Part shown: piece after piece, positions 30,819 through 41,498 of the stretch
Layout: the number at the start of each line of letters is the position of its first letter
Position numbering within the stretch: position 1 is the first letter of the stretch
NCBI GenBank assembly: GCA_963716225.1
Contig: OY970299.1
Location: forward strand, 777,397-841,396
Direction of reading: 5' to 3'
DNA from: an uncultured Verrucomicrobiae bacterium
Lineage (GTDB): Bacteria; Acidobacteriota; Terriglobia; Terriglobales; Acidobacteriaceae
Length of the DNA stretch: 64,000 nucleotides
The notes under the pieces: generated by a model
What the model saw: the letters and a program-made list of their open reading frames with translations, nothing else
Told to the model about the DNA's origin: nothing
Databases searched by the model: none
Program-made: the position numbers and the translations under genes

Positions 30819-31994
30819 GTGAGCAGCGCATATCGATCCAAACTGTTTCTCTTCTTCGCTCTGCTCGGCCTCACACTTTCAATCGCGGGCGTATCCGAAA
30901 TCGCCGCGCAGAAGCTCGTACACTACGCCACACCCCCGGACGCGCATCGCGGCGAGGTCGTCTACAAGCAAGGCTGCATCGCCTGTCATGGCGCGGAAGG
31001 CAAAGGCGCGGACCCCGAATCCACCGTCTTCATCCGTCCCGGCACGTTCCCCGACTTCACTCGCTGCGACCAGACCACGTCCGAGCCCGACTCCGCCTAC
31101 AAAGCCGTCATCCTCCACGGCGGCCACGGCCTCGGCTTCTCGCAGATCATGCCCGCCTTCGGCGACCAGCTCACCGGCCAGCAGATCGACGACGTGATCG
31201 CTTACCTCCGCAGTTTCTGTCACAACGTGCACCACTATCCCGCCGGCGAGCTCAACCTGCCGCGTGCGCTCGTCACTGAGAAAGCCTTCCCTGAAGACGA
31301 GTTCGTTGTCTCCACAACCGCCGACGCCGCTTCACCCGCCTCCTGGACCACTCACTTTATCCACGAGGAGACCTTCGCCGGCCTGCAGCAGATCGAGATC
31401 GACGTCCCCGTCAACTACGCGGTCAATCCGCAAGCGCTGCCGAACAACAACAACTGGACCGCCGGTTTCGGCGACATCACCATCGGGCTCAAGCGCGTTC
31501 TCTTCTCCAACTTCCGTGCCGGTTCCATCGTCAGCGCGCAGGCTGGCTTCCTTTTTCCCACTGGCGACAGCAATCGCGGCTTCGGCGCAGGCACCGCCAC
31601 CTTCGAACCCTTCCTCGCCTACGATCAGCTTCTCGGGGAACGCAACTTCGTCCAGACGCAAATTGGCGGCGACATCACCTTCGATCCCACGAAATCGCCG
31701 CGCAGCCTCTTCTTCAACATCGCCGCGGGTCGCTCCATGGCGCCCGATCACGGCCTCGGCCGCCTCTACACACCCATGCTCGAGGTCACCGGCACGCACG
31801 AGTACACCGCGGGCGCCGGCACCGACCTCAACCTCGTCCCGGAGATGCAGGTCACCGTCTCCAAACGACAGCACATCCGCATAGGCGCCGGCGTCAGCGC
31901 TCCCGTCACCAGCACCTCCGATCGCAAACCGCAAATCATCTTCTACGTACTGTGGGACTGGGCTGAAGGAAACTTCTGGAACGGATGGCGATGA
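30819..31994 (+). CDS. Monoheme cytochrome c fused to a probable outer-membrane beta-barrel
   Basis: Signal peptide, CIACH, distal IMPAF; C-terminal amphipathic strands with GFGDITIGLK and FPTGD. Confidence 0.7.
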   Translation: MSSAYRSKLFLFFALLGLTLSIAGVSEIAAQKLVHYATPPDAHRGEVVYKQGCIACHGAEGKGADPESTVFIRPGTFPDFTRCDQTTSEPDSAYKAVILHGGHGLGFSQIMPAFGDQLTGQQIDDVIAYLRSFCHNVHHYPAGELNLPRALVTEKAFPEDEFVVSTTADAASPASWTTHFIHEETFAGLQQIEIDVPVNYAVNPQALPNNNNWTAGFGDITIGLKRVLFSNFRAGSIVSAQAGFLFPTGDSNRGFGAGTATFEPFLAYDQLLGERNFVQTQIGGDITFDPTKSPRSLFFNIAAGRSMAPDHGLGRLYTPMLEVTGTHEYTAGAGTDLNLVPEMQVTVSKRQHIRIGAGVSAPVTSTSDRKPQIIFYVLWDWAEGNFWNGWR

Positions 31995-33706
31995 ACAGAC
32001 CTCTGCTTGCGTGCGCTCTCTTCAGCGGCTCGCTTCTCGCAGCCATCTTCGCGGCGCGGACGCCGCCGCCCGTCTTCGCGCGTCAACAGAGCCAGCACCC
32101 AACCTCCACCGCACAACTGCAGCCCACCGAAGAAAAGCCGCTCATCGCCTTTGCGCCACATCAAGCGACGGCCTTCCACACCTCGGACCGCTGCGTCGCC
32201 TGCCACAACGGCATGACTTCAGCCAAGGGCGACGCCTTCTCCATCGGCTTCGACTGGCAGGCGAGCGTCATGGCCAACGCCGGTCGCGATCCCTACTGGC
32301 AGGGCAGCATTCGCCGCGAGACCATCGACCACCCCGAATCCTCGCAGTTCATCCAGAACGACTGCTCCATCTGCCACATGCCCGCCGTTCGCCTCGCCGA
32401 CCGCGACGCACATCGCGACACCCACGTGTTCGCACGCTTCCCGTTCCAGAAGCTCTCCGGGAAATCCTCGCAGCTCCAGCGCTCCGCACAGGACGGCGTC
32501 ACCTGCTCCGTCTGCCATCAGATCTCCAAAGATAACCTCGGCGATCCGTCGACCTTCAGCGGCAATCTCGTCATGAATCGCGCCGTCGACTTCGACATCC
32601 GTCCCGAGTACGGTCCCTTTGCACCCGACCACGGCCATCAGACGATGATGCATTCCTCGACCGGCGGCTTCCTGCCCGAGGAGGCCGCGCACATTCGCGA
32701 CGCCGCGCTCTGCGCCGGCTGCCACACCCTCATCACCACACCGCTCGGCCCCGGCGGCAAACAGCTCGGCCACTTTCCCGAACAAGTGCCCTACCAGGAA
32801 TGGCAGCACAGCGCCTACAACAACAAGCGCACCTGCCAGGACTGCCACATGCCGCCCGTTAACGGCGCCACTCCCATCACCGCGCTCTATGGCCAACTTC
32901 GCGACGGCGCGCGCCACCACTACTTCATCGGCGGCAACTTTTTTCTGCAGTCACTCCTGGATGAACACCGCGATGATCTCAAGACTGTCGCGCGCAGCGA
33001 AGACCTCGAAGCGGCCGCCAGGCGCACCGCGGAATTCCTCGGCACGCAATCCGCGCGCGTCACCATCGAGCACCCTGTCCTCTCCGCCGGCAAACTCTCC
33101 TTCACCGTGTTCACCGAAAACCTCACCGGCCACAAGCTCCCCACCGCTTACCCGTCACGACGCGCGTGGCTGCACGTCACCGTCACGGACTCCGGCGGCC
33201 GCACCGTCTTTGAATCCGGCGCGCTCCGCCCCGACGGTTCCATCATCGGCAACGCGAATGATGACGACAAAACCCGCTTCGAGCCTCACTTTCGCGAGAT
33301 CACACGCCCCGAGCAAGTTGAAATCTACGAGCCTATCCTCGGCGACATGAACGGCCACGTCACCACCGGCCTGCTGAACACCGTCCGCTACCTGAAGGAC
33401 AACCGCATCCTTCCCGCGGGCTTCGACAAGTCCACCGCCACACCGGACATCGCCGTCTACGGCAACGCCGCCGACGACCCCGACTTCACGGCCGGCGGCA
33501 GCCGCATCCGCTACATCGTCCCGACCAACAGCGCGACCGGCCCGCTGCACATTAAGATCGAGCTGCTCTATCAACCCATCGGCTTCCGCTGGGCCCACAA
33601 CCTGGAGCCCTACAAGGCCGCCGAGCCGCAGCGCATCCTCCACTACTACCAGACCGCCTCGACCCGCACGGCCACGACCCTCGCCAGTACCGAAGCGACA
33701 AGGTGA
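31991..33706 (+). CDS. Five-heme c-type cytochrome (c554-like)
   Basis: CVACH, CSICH, CSVCH, CAGCH, CQDCH; signal peptide; ATGA overlap with upstream gene. Confidence 0.9.
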   Translation: MNRPLLACALFSGSLLAAIFAARTPPPVFARQQSQHPTSTAQLQPTEEKPLIAFAPHQATAFHTSDRCVACHNGMTSAKGDAFSIGFDWQASVMANAGRDPYWQGSIRRETIDHPESSQFIQNDCSICHMPAVRLADRDAHRDTHVFARFPFQKLSGKSSQLQRSAQDGVTCSVCHQISKDNLGDPSTFSGNLVMNRAVDFDIRPEYGPFAPDHGHQTMMHSSTGGFLPEEAAHIRDAALCAGCHTLITTPLGPGGKQLGHFPEQVPYQEWQHSAYNNKRTCQDCHMPPVNGATPITALYGQLRDGARHHYFIGGNFFLQSLLDEHRDDLKTVARSEDLEAAARRTAEFLGTQSARVTIEHPVLSAGKLSFTVFTENLTGHKLPTAYPSRRAWLHVTVTDSGGRTVFESGALRPDGSIIGNANDDDKTRFEPHFREITRPEQVEIYEPILGDMNGHVTTGLLNTVRYLKDNRILPAGFDKSTATPDIAVYGNAADDPDFTAGGSRIRYIVPTNSATGPLHIKIELLYQPIGFRWAHNLEPYKAAEPQRILHYYQTASTRTATTLASTEATR

Positions 33707-33724
33707 TCCCCGCGCAGCCGCGCG

Positions 33725-34855
33725 TCAGCGCACCATCACCGGGTGCGCCACTACAGCGTTATACAAATATCCGCCATCGTTCCACGGCACGGTATCAGGT
33801 TGCGTCCGCCCGCGATCGTCAGTCGCTCGCACGCGTACGTCGTGCCTGCCTGGCGTCGGCTCCCACGCAAAGCTCCACCTTCTCCAGCAGCCCTGGATGT
33901 TGACTTCGTCCAGCGCCGCGCGTCTCCATTCCCCGCCATCGATGCTGTACATGACCTCGGCCACCTTCGCCTCACCGGCAAACGATCGCCCCCGAATCAC
34001 CTTCACGCGACTCGACAGCTCCGCCGGCCAATCCAGGTCCAGCACACTCATCACCGGCATCTCCGTGATCGCAGGTCCCGGCGCCAAACCCTCCCTCGCA
34101 TACTCCGGCCCCACCATCGTGTACAGCTCCGTGTTGAACCGCGAATAAAGCCGCTCTTCCGCAACTTCGATTGCGCTCACCCACTTGATATTCGCCGCGC
34201 CCGTCCACCCACTCACCAGCACTCGCACCGGATATCCGTGATCCATCGGCAGCGTCTCGCCATTCATCTTCAACACCAGCAGAGTGTCGTCGCGCATCGC
34301 CTTCTCGGCGGGCATCGGACGCCGTCCTCGCTCTTCATCCAGTCCGATCGGCATCACATCGCGCACACTCTGCTTCACTCCAGCCTTGGCCAGCACATCG
34401 CGTAACCGTACGCCCGTCCACTCAGCGCAGCCCATCGCCCCCATGCCCCATTGCCCACCGTCGGCCTTCTTCCCAAACTGCTCCTTGAAAAATCGCCGCC
34501 CATTCCCCGCGCATTCGATCGTCCGGATCAGCGTCACCTGCGGCATCGCCTCGAGCTCTTCGTAGGTCAGTTCCACCGGCCTCTCAACTCCGCTTCCATA
34601 AATCCTCAGCCGATAGCTCGCCATCTCAACCATCGGCGTAGAACTGTGACTCCGCACATAGAAGCGTTCGTTTGGCGTAATCAGGCTCTCGAACGCGCTC
34701 GGACGCGTCTCAAACTCCGTCCCACTTCCTATATCCCGGAATATCCCCTTCGGCACCGGCTTGAACACGCGCCTTCTGCGCCTGGCAGCGACCACCACAC
34801 CGATCGTGGCAACACTTGCACCCAACGCAGCCCAGAAAGTTCTCCTGCCCACCAA
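33725..34855 (-). CDS. Tat-exported sulfite oxidase-family molybdoenzyme (SorA/SoxC-like)
   Basis: RRTFW signal, FYVRSH, ECAGNGR, EWTGV, MNGETLPMDHGYPVR, IKW, C-terminal dimerisation domain; AGGAGG RBS before TTG at 34855. Confidence 0.88.
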   Translation of the reverse strand: MVGRRTFWAALGASVATIGVVVAARRRRRVFKPVPKGIFRDIGSGTEFETRPSAFESLITPNERFYVRSHSSTPMVEMASYRLRIYGSGVERPVELTYEELEAMPQVTLIRTIECAGNGRRFFKEQFGKKADGGQWGMGAMGCAEWTGVRLRDVLAKAGVKQSVRDVMPIGLDEERGRRPMPAEKAMRDDTLLVLKMNGETLPMDHGYPVRVLVSGWTGAANIKWVSAIEVAEERLYSRFNTELYTMVGPEYAREGLAPGPAITEMPVMSVLDLDWPAELSSRVKVIRGRSFAGEAKVAEVMYSIDGGEWRRAALDEVNIQGCWRRWSFAWEPTPGRHDVRVRATDDRGRTQPDTVPWNDGGYLYNAVVAHPVMVR

Positions 34856-35097
34856 CCCTCCTCCTGCCCACCGATCCAACACCCTAGCACGCGCTTCGGT
34901 GCATCGACCTGAAGTCGCCGCTCCGCCAGAGAATCACGCCACTTCGAGCGCCTCGCTCAAATACCGCGCTGTCTTGCTCCCCGCGCAGACGCAACTCGCT
35001 CCGGCACACCTTGCGCGACAATCCAACACCCGCCTCCCGCACGCTCCTCACGATATTGCTTCCCCGCGTACTCCGCGCAGTGCTACCCTTCCGCGCG

Positions 35098-36657
35098 ATG
35101 AGAACATTCGCTCTTCGAACAATTTCTGCCGCCGGACTCCTGCTCGCGCTCTCCGCTTATTCGCAGACCAGCCCTTCTCGCATGCCGGCCATCGCGCACG
35201 TCGATCCGCGCTTCCAGTCCTACAACATCGAGATGGTTGAAGTGATCGGCGGCCGCTTTTGGAAGCCGTACTCCGCCACCTCCAGCGCGCAGCCTGCCAT
35301 CACCATGAATGGAAACACTGCGACGCTGAGTTCCTCACTGTTCGAGCAGCGAAAGCCCGTCGATCTCTCCGACCCGCGCCTGCGCAAGCTCGCCGCCGCG
35401 CTCGGGCCAGCGTATGTGCGCGTCTCCGGCAGTTGGGCCAACAGCCTCTACTTCCAGAACTCCGACGCGCCCGCGCCCACTCAGCCGCCGCCCGATTTCG
35501 GAGGCACGCTCACTCGCGCCGAATGGAAAGGTGTCATCGACTTCGTACACGCGGTCGATGGCAAGCTCGTCACCTCCTTCGCTGTCTCGAAGGGCACACG
35601 CGACGCCTCCGGCGCCTGGACCACGACGCAAGCCCAGGCCTTCCTCAATGCGACGCAAGAGTTCGGCGGGTCCATCGCCGCCACCGAGTTCATCAACGAA
35701 CCAACCATCCCCTTCGCCGCGGGTCTGCCTCCTGACTACAACGGCGAGGCCTTCGGCCGCGACTACGCCACCTTTCGCACATGGCTCCGCAAAGCCTCTC
35801 CGCATACCATTCTTCTCGGCCCCAGCTCCACCGCCGAAGGCGGCCCGCCATCGCGCTTGAAACTTCTTCCTTCCACCGAGCTCTTGCAGGGCATGGGTCC
35901 GAATTCCATAGACGCGTTCAGCTATCACTTCTACGGAGCGATCTCGCAACGCTGCGCAGCAGGCCTCGGCGCTTCGGCCGGCACCTCACCCGATGCCGCG
36001 CTCACCGCCGACTGGCTTGACCGGACCGCTGCCACGGAAGCCTTCTATGCCAACCTGCGCGACAAGTATGAACCAGGCAAGCCCATCTGGGTCACCGAAA
36101 CAGGCCAGGCTGCATGCGGAGGCGATCGCTGGGCCTCAACCTTCCTCGATAGCTTCCGCTACCTCGACCAGCTCGGCCGTCTCGCGCAGAAAGACGTCCA
36201 AGTCGTCATGCACAACACACTCGACGCCAGCGACTACGGCCTTATCGACGAGCGCACCCTGACACCTCGCCCCAACTACTGGGCCGCCGTCCTCTGGCAT
36301 CGCACCATGGGTACAACCGTGCTTGACCCTGGCCCTGCACCCACACCCGACTTGCGCCTCTACGCTCAGTGCGCGCCGGACAAACCCGGCGGCGTCACTC
36401 TCCTCGCGCTCAACCTGAGCCGCACCGCAGCCGCGCATCTGCATCTCGACAAACCCTCCGCGCGCTACACGCTCACCGCCCCTGAACTCGAGTCCCACGA
36501 GGCGCTGCTCAACAACCAGCCGCTCACGCTCACCGCCTCCGGCGACTTGCCCCCCATCGACAGCACGCCGCAACCCGCCGGAGACGCCACCCTCGCGCCC
36601 GCAAGCATCACCTTCTTCGTCGTCCCCTCGGCCGGCAACAAATCCTGCATACGCTGA
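35098..36657 (+). CDS. Secreted glycoside hydrolase family 79 (beta-glucuronidase/heparanase-like)
   Basis: LGPAYVRVSG, NEP acid/base, WVTETG nucleophile region, PNYW. Confidence 0.8.
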   Translation: MRTFALRTISAAGLLLALSAYSQTSPSRMPAIAHVDPRFQSYNIEMVEVIGGRFWKPYSATSSAQPAITMNGNTATLSSSLFEQRKPVDLSDPRLRKLAAALGPAYVRVSGSWANSLYFQNSDAPAPTQPPPDFGGTLTRAEWKGVIDFVHAVDGKLVTSFAVSKGTRDASGAWTTTQAQAFLNATQEFGGSIAATEFINEPTIPFAAGLPPDYNGEAFGRDYATFRTWLRKASPHTILLGPSSTAEGGPPSRLKLLPSTELLQGMGPNSIDAFSYHFYGAISQRCAAGLGASAGTSPDAALTADWLDRTAATEAFYANLRDKYEPGKPIWVTETGQAACGGDRWASTFLDSFRYLDQLGRLAQKDVQVVMHNTLDASDYGLIDERTLTPRPNYWAAVLWHRTMGTTVLDPGPAPTPDLRLYAQCAPDKPGGVTLLALNLSRTAAAHLHLDKPSARYTLTAPELESHEALLNNQPLTLTASGDLPPIDSTPQPAGDATLAPASITFFVVPSAGNKSCIR

Positions 36658-36842
36658 AACGCCCGCACCCGTATGCATCGCTAAGATGCTTCCGATCCAC
36701 CCGCAGCAACGCCCATCCGCGTAAGCCCTGCTGCCACAACTTGAAGTTGCGGCACCGGCATTTCGCTCGACAGCCGCGTCAGCCGTTGCTACAGTGGCAG
36801 TGACCTCCCGAGATTTACACGTTCTGGGCCTCTGCCGCCAAG

Positions 36843-39295
36843 GTGGACCATTTGTTTCGCCACACGCTTAGCCGGCTTCCGCTCGTTCTTTTCCTCACAT
36901 CGTTCATCTCCTTGGGCCTGCTCGGCTGCGGCGGCTCCTCCTCAGGTTCAGGCGGAACGCAGTCTCAACCTGACTTCTCGCTCGTTGTCTCGCCGGCGAG
37001 CCTGGCGCTCAGCGCCGGCACTTCCGACAGCAGTGGCTTCATTCGGGTCGTGCCTTTAAACGGCTTCACCGGTACCGTCACACTCTCTGTCTCCGGCCTT
37101 CCTTCCGGTGTCGGTGCGTCGCTCCCTTTGGTCACCATCAACACATCCGGAAGCACGAACATCATCCTGAGCGCGTCGCCGACCGCGCCTCTCGTTTCAA
37201 ACCAGACCATGACGGTGCAGGCCGTTGGCGGCAACATCACCCACACCGGAACTATTTCGCTTACCGTCACCAGCCCGCAGCCGCCGGATTTCACGATCTC
37301 CGCCCCCAGCACCTTCAACATCTATCCCGGCTTCATGACAGCACTCAACTACACCACGGGCAGTGTCGCCGGCTACAACACGCCGATCAACGTCACCCTC
37401 TCCGGGCTTCCGCCCGGCATCACCGACAACGTCTCATCAGTGTCCAACTTGCCCGGCAACCCGACGATTTCACCCTCTACGTCGCCGCGAACGCCAGCAC
37501 CTCGGCGACCGTCACCCTAACCGCCACCAGCGGCACCATCACCCACGTCGTTCAAACCACACTCAACGTCATCACCACGCCGGACTTCGGCTTCGGCGTC
37601 ATTGGGAACGGAATCTATCCGTTTAACGGCAGCGTTCTTGACCAGCAAATCTTCGACTTCGTGCCTTACAACGGCTTCAACGCACCCGTTACCGTCACCA
37701 TCGGCCCTATACCCGACGACATCACCATCTCCCCCACCACCTTCACCATCCCCTCACCGACCCACTCGCCAAACCTCACCATCACAGTTCCTGAGGACCT
37801 CCCACCTCGGCCCGTCAGCATTCCCGTTCAAGCGACCAGCGGCACACTCTCTCACTCGATCACGTGGACCATCAATGTGCTGCTGAACGGCCCGGTCCTC
37901 AACCTGGAGCACTTCGCGGGCGACCCGCACGCAGGCTCATTTACCACTGTCTACGTTGACGTCACTACGAACGCCGGCAGCAACACCATCGGCACGTCCG
38001 CCCTGTCTGTTATCAGCGCACCCGCGGGAATAACCGTCTCCCCCCTGCTGACGACCTTCACAGGCCAGGGAGCGCAGCTCTTCAACATCCAGGCCACACC
38101 CAATGCTCAAAACGGAAACATCACCTTCCAGGACACATGGAACGGCGTCACCGTAACTGCGACACTACCCATCACCGTTCTCGCTGCAACTTCCAACAGC
38201 AGGACATCCACTCACACACATGGCGCTTACATCCGTTCCAGCTCCACGGCCGACTACCGCGCCTTCCCGCTCGTCAGCTGGTCCCTCTACGACGCCGGCA
38301 CCGCCCGCTTCTTCGCCGCCGACTACGCCACCGGCCGCCTCAACGTCTACGATTCCGTCGCCGAAAAGCAGATTGCATCTCTCGTCATCCCCGGCGCCTT
38401 TGGCATCGGCCAGTCCAGCGGCGACCATACCATCTACGTCGGAACTCTCTCCGGCGACATCTACCTCGTCGATCCCGTCGCGCTGACCATCACCCAGCGC
38501 ATCCCGTCATTCAGCATCGGCTCTTCCGGCTTCGCCGCCAATGCCGTCTTCCCGCGACAGGACGGGACCCTGCTCCTGGAAAGCTACTCTCACGTACCCG
38601 GCTTTCCCTCGGCGGACGGCTCCAATCACTTTGCTCTCTGGAATCCCGCGACGAACGCACTCCTCACCGTTCCCGGCTGTAACACTGGCTCCGGCCCCGC
38701 ACGTACTCTGTTCGGTATCCCCACCAGCAACGGCGCACGCCTGCTCACCCTCGCCGGGAATCCCGCGTCTGCCGCCACTCTTCTCTGCTCCATCGACCTC
38801 ACCACCGGCAACTTCTCTAACCTCACCGCCGACTCTGAGGCTGCCATCAACACGCTCGCCGTATGTCCTGACGGCAATACCGTAGCCGGTTTCGACCGCG
38901 CAAATATCTGGGTGGTCGACGCCGCCACCCTCGCCGTCAAAAACAAATTCCCTGTTCCCGCCTCCGGTTCACTCTCCGGAGACGCCAGCATGCTCATCAC
39001 GCCCGATAACCAGACCGTCTACATTACCGGCGCTGATAAGAAGAACCTGGTTCTAGCCTTCAACCTATCCACGGGCCAACTCATCGGCTCGATGCCCGCT
39101 ATTCCGGTGGACACAGACGGCAGTGATATCCCCTCAGCTCCCATTCCCCAGGGTCTCAGTTCCAACGGCCTCCTCGGAGGGGTCCTGGAGCAGGGCTTCG
39201 CCTTCATTGACACAACGGCCATCAATCCGCCCCCGACCCCCACAACGTCCTCCCAACGGAGTTCGGCCGCCGCCTCTTCCTCGCCGCGCAACTAG
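36843..39295 (+). CDS. Large lipoprotein with Ig-like repeats and beta-propeller-like region, frameshift near 37460
   Basis: Lipobox LLGC; three PDF...(F/Y)xxxxxxxxxxxP repeats; S/T-rich beta-strands. Confidence 0.7.
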
Positions 39296-39382
39296 CCCGC
39301 TCAACCCTCCTGACGCCTTGCTGTCAGCAGCTTCCATTGCTCCCCTCGTGTCTCGCATCTCGCGTCTCGTATCTTTAAAGCA

Positions 39383-41380
39383 ATGGACTTCCAGCTCCAC
39401 ACGGACTACAAGCCCCAGGGCGACCAACCCACCGCCATCCGCGACCTCGTCTCCGGCACCAACGCCGGCGAAAAGGACCAGGTCCTCCTCGGCGTCACGG
39501 GCTCCGGCAAGACCTTCACCATGGCCAAGGTCATCGCCGAGCTCAACCGCCCCGCGCTCATCCTCGCCCACAACAAAACTCTCGCCGCCCAGCTCTATCA
39601 CGAGTTCAAGCAGTTCTTCCCTACCAACGCCGTCGAGTACTTCGTCTCCTACTACGACTACTACCAGCCCGAAGCCTACATTCCCTCCGGCGACCTCTAC
39701 ATCGAAAAAGAAGCCACCATCAACGACGAGCTCGACAAGCTGCGCCTCTCCGCCACGCGCTCGCTCTTCGAACGCCGCGACGTCATCATCGTCTCCTCCG
39801 TCTCCTGCATCTATGGCCTCGGCTCGCCCGAAGCCTACTACGGCATGCTCCTCCTCCTCGAAAAAGGCCAGAAGCTCAAGCGCGAAGACATCACCCGCCG
39901 CCTCGTCGAAATCCTCTACGAGCGCAACGACGTCGACTTCCGCCGCGGCACCTTCCGCGTCCGCGGCGACATCATCGAAGTCTTCCCCACCTACGACGAA
40001 AACGCGTTCCGCATCGAGCTCTTCGGCGACGAGATCGACTCACTCTCGCAAATCGACCCACTCTTCGGCACCGTCAAGCAGCGCTACTCCCGCCTGCCCA
40101 TCTACCCCAAGTCCCACTACGTCGTCCAGCCCGAGCGCAAATCCACCGCCATCAACTCCATCCTCGCCGAGCTCACCGACTGGGAAGCCCAGCTCGAAAA
40201 AGAAGGCCGCCTGGTCGAATCCCAGCGCATTCATCAGCGAACTAGATTCGACTTAGAAATGATCAAGTCCGTCGGCTACTGCCACGGCATCGAAAACTAC
40301 TCGCGCCACTTCTCCGGCCGTCTCCCCGGCGAGCCCCCACCCACACTCCTCGACTACTTCCCGCGCGACTTCCTCACCTTCATCGACGAGTCCCACGTCA
40401 CCGTCCCGCAACTCCACGGCATGTGGCACGGCGACCGCTCGCGCAAACAAAACCTCGTCGACTACGGATTCCGCCTCCCCTCCGCCATGGACAACCGCCC
40501 GCTCCGTTTCGAAGAGTTCGAGAGCCGCGCCGGCCAGACCATCTACGTCTCCGCCACCCCCGGACCCTACGAGCTCACCAAGTCCGCCGGCGTCGTCGTC
40601 GAACAAATCATCCGCCCCACCGGCCTCGTCGACCCGCAAGTCGAAATCCGCCCCATCAAAGGCCAGATCGACGACCTCCTCGCCGAGATCCGCGACCGCG
40701 CCGCCATCAACCAGCGCGTCCTCGTCACCACACTGACAAAGCGCATGGCCGAAGACCTCGCCAACTACTACTCCGAGGTCGGCGTCCGCTGCCGCTACAT
40801 GCACTCCGAAATCGAAACCCTCGAGCGCATCCGCCTCCTCCGCGACCTCCGCCGCGGCGAGTACGACGTGCTCATCGGCATCAACCTCCTCCGCGAAGGC
40901 CTCGACCTCCCCGAGGTCTCACTCGTCGCCATCCTCGATGCCGACAAAGAAGGCTTCCTCCGCTCCCAGGGCTCCTTGATCCAGACCATCGGCCGCGCCG
41001 CACGCCACCTCGAAGGCCGCGCCATCCTCTACGCCGACAAGATGACCGACTCCATGCGCCGCGCCATCGACGAAACAGATCGTCGCCGCGAAAAACAAGA
41101 GCGCTACAACACCGAGAACGGAATCGAACCCCCCACCATCATCCGCGCCATCAACGACTCCCTCGCCAGCATTCTCAAGGCCGACTACGCCGACCTCACC
41201 GATGAACTGTCCGCCACCCCCGAAGAACTCGACTTCAACACCCAGGCCGAACTGGACAGTTACATCGCCAAACTAGAAACCGAAATGCGCGAGTCCGCCA
41301 AAAAGTTCGAATTCGAACGCGCCGCCACCCTCCGCGACACGATCAAAGAACTCCGCACCAAAGAATTCTTGTTCAGCTGA
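39383..41380 (+). CDS. uvrB: Excinuclease ABC subunit B
   Basis: [49 protein letters not shown]-terminal UVR domain. Confidence 0.98.
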   Translation: MDFQLHTDYKPQGDQPTAIRDLVSGTNAGEKDQVLLGVTGSGKTFTMAKVIAELNRPALILAHNKTLAAQLYHEFKQFFPTNAVEYFVSYYDYYQPEAYIPSGDLYIEKEATINDELDKLRLSATRSLFERRDVIIVSSVSCIYGLGSPEAYYGMLLLLEKGQKLKREDITRRLVEILYERNDVDFRRGTFRVRGDIIEVFPTYDENAFRIELFGDEIDSLSQIDPLFGTVKQRYSRLPIYPKSHYVVQPERKSTAINSILAELTDWEAQLEKEGRLVESQRIHQRTRFDLEMIKSVGYCHGIENYSRHFSGRLPGEPPPTLLDYFPRDFLTFIDESHVTVPQLHGMWHGDRSRKQNLVDYGFRLPSAMDNRPLRFEEFESRAGQTIYVSATPGPYELTKSAGVVVEQIIRPTGLVDPQVEIRPIKGQIDDLLAEIRDRAAINQRVLVTTLTKRMAEDLANYYSEVGVRCRYMHSEIETLERIRLLRDLRRGEYDVLIGINLLREGLDLPEVSLVAILDADKEGFLRSQGSLIQTIGRAARHLEGRAILYADKMTDSMRRAIDETDRRREKQERYNTENGIEPPTIIRAINDSLASILKADYADLTDELSATPEELDFNTQAELDSYIAKLETEMRESAKKFEFERAATLRDTIKELRTKEFLFS

Positions 41381-41498
41381 CACTCATCCTCAGCGTGGGC
41401 TCCCAAAACGTGGGTAGCCGAGTCGAGCACGAGCATGGAACGTTAAAGCCCATCGGCGCGTACGTATCAAGTGCACCCATTCACGCCGAGGGATTTCA

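Noticed and set aside
36660-36842. Riboswitch or ncRNA before the lipoprotein
   Set aside because: No known consensus or strong stems recognised.
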